From the NCBI GenBank assembly GCA_027491915.1, contig JAOZGC010000002.1, positions 32,001 to 96,000 on the forward strand: DNA of 64,000 nt, in the 5' to 3' direction. Made by a program: the position numbers and the translations under genes. Under the pieces are notes generated by a model that ran no database searches, had not been told where the DNA came from, and saw only the letters and a list, made by a program, of their open reading frames with translations. Source of the DNA: Thermoproteota archaeon (lineage in GTDB: Archaea > Korarchaeota > Korarchaeia > Korarchaeales > Korarchaeaceae). Of this stretch, positions 58,536 to 64,000 are shown one piece after another (the stretch's first letter is position 1; each line of letters starts with the position of its first letter).

Positions 58536-58623
58536 GCGGGGGTGGCCGAGCCAGGTCAAAGGCGGCGGACTTAAGATCCGCTCCCCCAGGGGTTCGTGGG
58601 TTCAAATCCCACCCCCCGCACCA
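58536..58623 (+). tRNA. tRNA-Leu(TAA), CCA encoded
   Basis: GCGGGGG...GCGGA-CTTAAGA-TCCGC, long variable arm, GTGGG-TTCAAAT-CCCAC, ACCA; TATAAAAA about 25 nt upstream. Confidence 0.96.
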
Positions 58624-58661
58624 GGGCCCGCCGCCTGGATCCCCCCGCCCACGGGTCGCCG

Positions 58662-59249
58662 GTGAGCCCATTGAGGGAGACAGAGGTCAAGCTTAGGATC
58701 GCCCACTCGGAATTCCTCGCGGCCCTGGAGAGGGCCGGCCTGACCTTCAGGGAGGAGGGAGGCTGGGAGGAACAGGAGGACATCTACCTGGACACCAAAG
58801 ATGGGGACCTGAGGAGGAGGGGGCTCGCGCTCAGGATCAGGGTGGTCGGGTCTGAGATCCTGGTCACTCTCAAGGGCGGCGCGTCATTTGGCCCATCCGG
58901 TGAGAAGGTGAGGGAAGAGCTGGAGCTCCCATTGACGGATCCCGGCGTCGCCGAGATCTTGGCCGCGGCCGGTTTGAGGATCGCCTCGCCGCCCTCCTCT
59001 CTGGAGGAGCTCTTCTCAGCCTTGGGACGCGGTGGGTTGATTCCTCGGGTGACCGTCAGGAAGAGGAGGAAGAAGATCTCTGTTCCGGGATGGAACTCCT
59101 TAGTCTTCCTCGATCTGGTGGATGGACTGGGAGAGTTCGTCGAGGTGGAGGGGGAGGACTCCCCCCGGCTCGTGGCCAAGCTGGGACTAGGGGATAGAGC
59201 GGTCAGGCTGACCTACGCCGATCTCGTGGAGGCCTTATCTCGCGTATGA
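58662..59249 (+). CDS. CYTH-domain protein (class IV adenylate cyclase / triphosphatase)
   Basis: ETEVK, QEDIY, ALRIR, TLKG, REELE, KRR, D.VDGLGEFVEVE, TYADL. Confidence 0.9.
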   Translation: MSPLRETEVKLRIAHSEFLAALERAGLTFREEGGWEEQEDIYLDTKDGDLRRRGLALRIRVVGSEILVTLKGGASFGPSGEKVREELELPLTDPGVAEILAAAGLRIASPPSSLEELFSALGRGGLIPRVTVRKRRKKISVPGWNSLVFLDLVDGLGEFVEVEGEDSPRLVAKLGLGDRAVRLTYADLVEALSRV

Positions 59250-60561
59250 GGGAGGTCACTCCACCCTTCTCCAGCAGCCTGACCGCCGATTCGGCGGCCC
59301 TCTCGTATACCTCATCGGCGTCGACCGAGACGTGCCTACCCTCCCTAATCACGATCCTCCCGCCGACTATCACGTCCGAGACGTCCGAGCACCTGGCCGA
59401 GTAGACCAGGTGGGAGATCACGGAGTGGACCGGCTGCCACCACGGGGCCTCGATTGAGACGGTGATCACGTCAGCTCTGGCGCCCTCCTCCAGCCGGCCC
59501 AGGTCCCTCATCCCCATGGCGTCCGCCGGGATCCGGGTGGCCATGTCCAGCGCGGTCTGGGCGCCGACCACCCTGGGATCCCGGCCAACCCCCTTGTGGA
59601 GGAGGGCCGCGAACTTCATCGTCTCGAACATGTCCAGGGAGTTGTTGCTCGCCGCGCCATCCGTCCCAAGACCGACATTGACCCCGGCCTCGATCAGCTC
59701 CGGGACGGGTGAGATACCCGCCCCCGTCTTCAGGTTGCTGACCGGGTTGTGGGACACCAGCGCGCCCGACTCCGCCAGGATCTTGATATCTCCCTCCCGG
59801 GGCCACACGACGTGGGCCATGACGGTCCCCTCTGACGCGAGGCCGACCTGGGCCATCAGGCGCACGGGGCTCACCCCAAACTCCCTCTCTATCTGCTCGA
59901 TCTCGCTCCTGTCCTCGGCCACGTGTATCTGGATCGGGACGGCCAGCTCCCGGGCGGCCTCTGCCGTCGCCTCTAGGAGATCTCTAGAGACGCTATACGG
60001 GGCGTGGGGGCCGAGCGACGGGGTGATGAGCTCGCTCCTCCCGCGCCACCTGGCGACGAAGTCTTTAGCCTTCTCGAATGCCTTCCACCCATCCTCGCTT
60101 TCGGGGGTCCCGGCATCTATGTAGCTCGAGGCCAGAACCCCCCTGATCCCCAGCCTGGTGGCCGCCTCCGCGACGGAGTCCTCGTAGAAGTACATATCGA
60201 ACACGGTGGTCGTCCCCCCGCGGAGCGCCTCCAACATCCCGAGCTCCGCCCCAGCTCGAACGTCTTCAGCGGTGAGGTTGGACTCCAGCGGCCATATCTT
60301 CTCCGTGAGCCACCTCATCAGCTCCATGTCGTCCGCCACCCCCCTGAACAGAGTCATGGCTATGTGGGTGTGGGTGTTGATGAGCCCGGGCATTACGATC
60401 TTCCCGGCCGCATCCAGTACCTCGTCCGCCTGGACCGGTAGATCCCTCCCTATCCTCGATACGCGGCCGTCCTCAACTAGCACGTCCCCCCCGAATATTA
60501 TCCTCCTCTTCTCATCTTGGGTGACCACGGCCGAGGCCCTCCTCAGCAGGATGCTCTCCAC
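59203..60561 (-). CDS. mtaD: Amidohydrolase, MTA/SAH deaminase-like
   Basis: PGLINTHTH, GPHAPYS, HVAE, AHVV, NPVSNLK, GTDGAASNN. Confidence 0.85.
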   Translation of the reverse strand: MESILLRRASAVVTQDEKRRIIFGGDVLVEDGRVSRIGRDLPVQADEVLDAAGKIVMPGLINTHTHIAMTLFRGVADDMELMRWLTEKIWPLESNLTAEDVRAGAELGMLEALRGGTTTVFDMYFYEDSVAEAATRLGIRGVLASSYIDAGTPESEDGWKAFEKAKDFVARWRGRSELITPSLGPHAPYSVSRDLLEATAEAARELAVPIQIHVAEDRSEIEQIEREFGVSPVRLMAQVGLASEGTVMAHVVWPREGDIKILAESGALVSHNPVSNLKTGAGISPVPELIEAGVNVGLGTDGAASNNSLDMFETMKFAALLHKGVGRDPRVVGAQTALDMATRIPADAMGMRDLGRLEEGARADVITVSIEAPWWQPVHSVISHLVYSARCSDVSDVIVGGRIVIREGRHVSVDADEVYERAAESAVRLLEKGGVTSLIREIRPPRDRRRSA

Positions 60562-60624
60562 CGCCTCACCCCGGCGGGGTCGGGGCCGGCAACGGTTAAT
60601 AACCCAACCGGACCCCTCCTCCCG

Positions 60625-62274
60625 ATGTCGAGGTTATGGGGCGCGGCCGCAGCGATCTCCATCTCCCTAATAGCCCTTCATCCCCTCCACGTCGCGGCCC
60701 AGCCAGCGAAGCCGGCGACCTTCACCTACCGCTTCGACGTGGCAGAGAACGGGTGGATCAACGTGTCGATAACGTTCGAATCGACCGGATCGGGGACCTC
60801 GTGGTTGATGGTCCCAACCTACCAGAAGTTCGACTTCACCGTAGAATCGGGGAACTTCGAGAACGTCAGCTGGAGAAGGTACGGCCCCTTCTACGCCAAT
60901 CAGACCTTCAACTTCACGGACGGCACGTCGTTCGAGATATCCTACAGCTACCGCTTCGGCGCATTCATAGTAGAGCCGACCGGGGCCTTCTTCTCCACCC
61001 TGGTTGGGTTCGATCCGAGGACCCGTGGGAGCGTCACGGTCAGCCTGCCGCCCGGCGTCTCCATCCTGAGAACCTACCTTAACAAGGCGGAGCTCGAGCC
61101 GGACAGTCGATCGGCGGAGGGCGCGCCGTCCATAACCTACGATCTGCCGAAGGAGAACGTCGCCCTATACAGGGTTATGGTCATCTTTCAGGTCCCCGGA
61201 GAGCTCCAGACCGTCGAGAGGACCTCGGGCCTGCTCACCGTCACAGCACCTGCTCGATACGCCGACGTCGCCGAGAACATAACAAGGCTGTACGATAGGT
61301 ACCTCCACTACTTGCTGGACCTGACCGGGGTAGGCGAGGTGCCCATCAACCTGACCCTCTACATGCCCAGCAGCCCAGACGAGATCTTCACCTTGGGATA
61401 CACCAGCGTCTCCTCGCCGTACGAGCTGTACGACAACGTGATAACTCCGGGTTCCGTGTCCCTCAACCTGATACTGGTCAGGATGGTGGGGAGCCAGCTT
61501 CAGAACACCCTGATCCACGAGCTCCTGCACCAGTACATGCTGAGGGCGGGCCTGTCGACCGAGCTGAGGTGGGCACACGAGGGTATGGCTCAGTACCTGT
61601 CCATCTTGATAGTGAGGCAGGAGACCGGAAACTCATCTTACGGTCAGGAGGACATACAGGCCGCCGGGAAGATGGCCCAGATGCTGAACTACGACCTCGG
61701 ATTCCTCCAGGACTGGAGGGGCGGGGGGATACCGGAGGACTCAAACAAGTACTACCTCTCTTCCCTCTACATCTTCTCCCAGATTGGGGAGGGGGGCGGA
61801 GGGTTCGACCTCTACAAAAGGTTCTTCCACCTGATAAGGGAAGACGGCGTCTTGGTGAACACCACCGGACAGTTGGTATCCTACCTGAGCAAGGCCGCCG
61901 GCTCAGATCTCTCCGTGGATTTCCGGAGACTCGGCTTCAGATTCTCGACGGTTCAGTCGACTCCTCCCGCCGGAGTGGTGGTTCCCATGGGCGGGGGAAG
62001 GTACCCGCCACTCATGGTGGAGCTGAATCCCTTCTCGGCGCTAGCCTGGGAGATGGACAGGATGTCCGTGAGGGCGGCCCTGGCCGGGGACATGTCCAGG
62101 GTGGGAGCCCTCAGGAGCGAGGCGAGGGCGTTCAGGGTGCTCGGCCCCCTGATGGGCGCCTCCATCATAGCCGGCGCGGTGACCCTGATCTCTGCCGCCT
62201 CTTGGGCGGCCGGCATCAGACGAAGATCCTACCGGCCGCCTCGAGCTTCTCCAGGGCCTCCCACCTATCCATGA
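60625..62274 (+). CDS. Secreted, membrane-anchored gluzincin-type metallopeptidase
   Basis: Signal peptide; HELLHQY followed by WAHEGMAQY; C-terminal TM; several N-X-S/T sequons. Confidence 0.8.
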   Translation: MSRLWGAAAAISISLIALHPLHVAAQPAKPATFTYRFDVAENGWINVSITFESTGSGTSWLMVPTYQKFDFTVESGNFENVSWRRYGPFYANQTFNFTDGTSFEISYSYRFGAFIVEPTGAFFSTLVGFDPRTRGSVTVSLPPGVSILRTYLNKAELEPDSRSAEGAPSITYDLPKENVALYRVMVIFQVPGELQTVERTSGLLTVTAPARYADVAENITRLYDRYLHYLLDLTGVGEVPINLTLYMPSSPDEIFTLGYTSVSSPYELYDNVITPGSVSLNLILVRMVGSQLQNTLIHELLHQYMLRAGLSTELRWAHEGMAQYLSILIVRQETGNSSYGQEDIQAAGKMAQMLNYDLGFLQDWRGGGIPEDSNKYYLSSLYIFSQIGEGGGGFDLYKRFFHLIREDGVLVNTTGQLVSYLSKAAGSDLSVDFRRLGFRFSTVQSTPPAGVVVPMGGGRYPPLMVELNPFSALAWEMDRMSVRAALAGDMSRVGALRSEARAFRVLGPLMGASIIAGAVTLISAASWAAGIRRRSYRPPRASPGPPTYP

Positions 62275-63118
62275 AGGCCCTCTCCAGTGCCCTAACGTCT
62301 TCCTCCGTCAGGTGGGCGAACCTCCTCTGCGGCGCCAGGTACTCCCTCAGCGGCCTCCTCTTGGGCCTCATGGTTATCCTGAGTTTTCCGTCTTCAACCT
62401 CGTACAGGGGCCACACGTACGTGTCGACGGCGAGCCGGGCCAGCTCTATCGTCTTGTTCACCGGGTAGTTCCACCCCGTGGGGCAGGTGGACAGTATCTC
62501 GATGTACCTGAATCCCCTCTTGTCTCTGGCCTTCGCGACCTTGTTCACCAGGTCGAACGGGTAACCTATGCTGGCCGTGGCGACGTAAGAGGCCCCGTGC
62601 GCGGCCACGATGAGGGGCATGTTCTTCTTCATCTCCGCCTTCCCCGTCGGCGTGGTCTTGGTCCAGGCCTTAGGCGGTGTGGCCCCGGACCTCTGTATCC
62701 CGGTGTTCATGTAGGCCTCGTTGTTGTAGCATATGTAGAGGACGTCGTCCCCCCTCTCCGCCGCCCCGGATAGGGCCTGTATACCTATGTCGTAGGTTCC
62801 TCCGTCCCCGGCCCACGCCACGACCCTGACGTTCCCCCTGCCGAGCGCTGCCAGCCCGGCGGCCATGCCGGCCGCCGTGGACGCCGCGGCGGCGAACGCC
62901 ATGTTGAACACCGGGACCCTGAACCCGCTCTTCGGGTAGGGCCCCTGAATGACGCTCGTGCAGCACGCGGGTATCACGTAGACCGCGTCCTTCCCCAGAA
63001 CCTTGGACACCAACTTGAATGCCACGAGGGCCCCGCATCCGGGGCACGCCGCGTTGCCCGGCATCACGAACTTCCCGGCCCTCCTGAGGTCTTTCATCGT
63101 GATGGGCATGTCACTCAC
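62216..63118 (-). CDS. porB: 2-oxoacid (pyruvate):ferredoxin oxidoreductase beta subunit
   Basis: ACPGCG, GDGGTYDIG.QALSG, NEAYMNTGIQRS, CPTGW. Confidence 0.93.
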   Translation of the reverse strand: MSDMPITMKDLRRAGKFVMPGNAACPGCGALVAFKLVSKVLGKDAVYVIPACCTSVIQGPYPKSGFRVPVFNMAFAAAASTAAGMAAGLAALGRGNVRVVAWAGDGGTYDIGIQALSGAAERGDDVLYICYNNEAYMNTGIQRSGATPPKAWTKTTPTGKAEMKKNMPLIVAAHGASYVATASIGYPFDLVNKVAKARDKRGFRYIEILSTCPTGWNYPVNKTIELARLAVDTYVWPLYEVEDGKLRITMRPKRRPLREYLAPQRRFAHLTEEDVRALERAFMDRWEALEKLEAAGRIFV

Positions 63119-64000
63119 CCACCTCCCTCACCTTCAGCCCGTACCAGTAGGATACCCTGTCCACCCCTTCCGATATCTTCCGCTTGGCCGACCTGAAGAT
63201 CGCCTTCAGATCCCTCACCCGGACGTCCCTGCCCCCCAATCCGGCGATGAAACCGACCACCGGGGGTCTGTCCTCCGCGTGATACAGGGAGGCTCTGAGG
63301 TCCGAGGCGAGGGGCCCTCCATGACCGAATGACACGCTCCTGTCAACCACTATTATCCCCTTCTTTCCGGCCGCCAACTCCGTGATCTCTTCTCCGGGAA
63401 ACGGCCTGTACAGTCTGATCTTGACGAGACCGACGCTCTCCCCCTCCCTCCTCAATTCCTCGATCGCAACCTCGGCCTCCGAAGCCAGCGTCCCAGAGGC
63501 GACCATGAGGTAATCCGAATCCTGAGACCACCTCTCGTAGATGGCTGAGCCGTGGTACCTCCCGAACTTCTCGGCGAACTCCGTCGATATCTCCTTCAGG
63601 CGATCCTTCGCGGCCCTGGAGGCCCTGTCTATGGACCACCTCATCTCCATGTAGAGTTGATCCGGCATAACCAGGTTTCCGTAAGTTATGGGCGCGTCCG
63701 GATCCATCCTCCAGTGGGGAGGATCGTAGGGCGGGAGAAAAGAATCCACGTCTCCCTGATCGGGGATGTTCACCGGGGCGTAGGTGTGACTCAGGACGAA
63801 CCCGTCCAGGCACACCATGAAGGGAAGCAGGACGTCCGGACTCTCGGCCACCTTGTACATCATCAGAACGGAGTCCAGGGCCTCCTGATTCGACGAGACG
63901 AACAGCTGCAGCCAACCGGTGTCCCTCTGGGAGATGGCGTCTTGGTGATCCACGTGTATGCTCCAGGGCGGGCCGACCGCCCTGTTGACCACGGCCATGC
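63111..64000 (-). CDS. porA: 2-oxoacid:ferredoxin oxidoreductase alpha subunit (5' end outside the window)
   Basis: VNRA...WSI..DHQD...RDTGW, DGFVLSHT, YRPFP, GLGGRD. Confidence 0.93.
   Translation of the reverse strand, partial: MAVVNRAVGPPWSIHVDHQDAISQRDTGWLQLFVSSNQEALDSVLMMYKVAESPDVLLPFMVCLDGFVLSHTYAPVNIPDQGDVDSFLPPYDPPHWRMDPDAPITYGNLVMPDQLYMEMRWSIDRASRAAKDRLKEISTEFAEKFGRYHGSAIYERWSQDSDYLMVASGTLASEAEVAIEELRREGESVGLVKIRLYRPFPGEEITELAAGKKGIIVVDRSVSFGHGGPLASDLRASLYHAEDRPPVVGFIAGLGGRDVRVRDLKAIFRSAKRKISEGVDRVSYWYGLKVREVGE

Noticed and set aside
18097-58623. Near-identical 88-bp inverted copies at 18097-18184 and 58536-58623 that could suggest att sites or an invertible segment
   Set aside because: Both are complete tRNA-Leu isoacceptors (CAA and TAA); such similarity is normal and no recombinase is present
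1-64000. CRISPR arrays, IS elements, proviruses, rRNA, tRNA introns
   Set aside because: No regularly spaced direct repeats, transposase/integrase motifs, rRNA-like stretches or intron insertions were seen by eye

Overview
Gene-dense, GC-rich archaeal core-genome segment. Gene content (Rpo6/10/12, TBP/TFB, aIF2g/aIF5B, class I LysRS, arcTGT, Alba, GINS-MCM, thermosome, A/V-ATPase) fits a thermophilic TACK-type archaeon; Korarchaeota-like is my guess, not demonstrated. It holds about 67 CDS and five intronless tRNAs, with no rRNA, CRISPR, transposase or integrase seen. Points worth a second look: (1) a compact Tad/Flp-like pilus cluster whose membrane-platform gene is broken by a -1 frameshift at a G6 run; (2) a 442-aa MCM intein with a degenerate LAGLIDADG domain and an HTH-like insert; (3) recurring short AT-rich synonymous-codon patches inside otherwise GC-rich housekeeping genes; (4) strand-specific G-U-rich hairpins flanking alba; (5) tRNA-Gly(TCC) with C33; (6) a WecB-RCK_C fusion; (7) a split, convergent A/V-ATPase locus; (8) a divergent oapABC-like operon. 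All calls come from reading motifs by eye; no database search was run.
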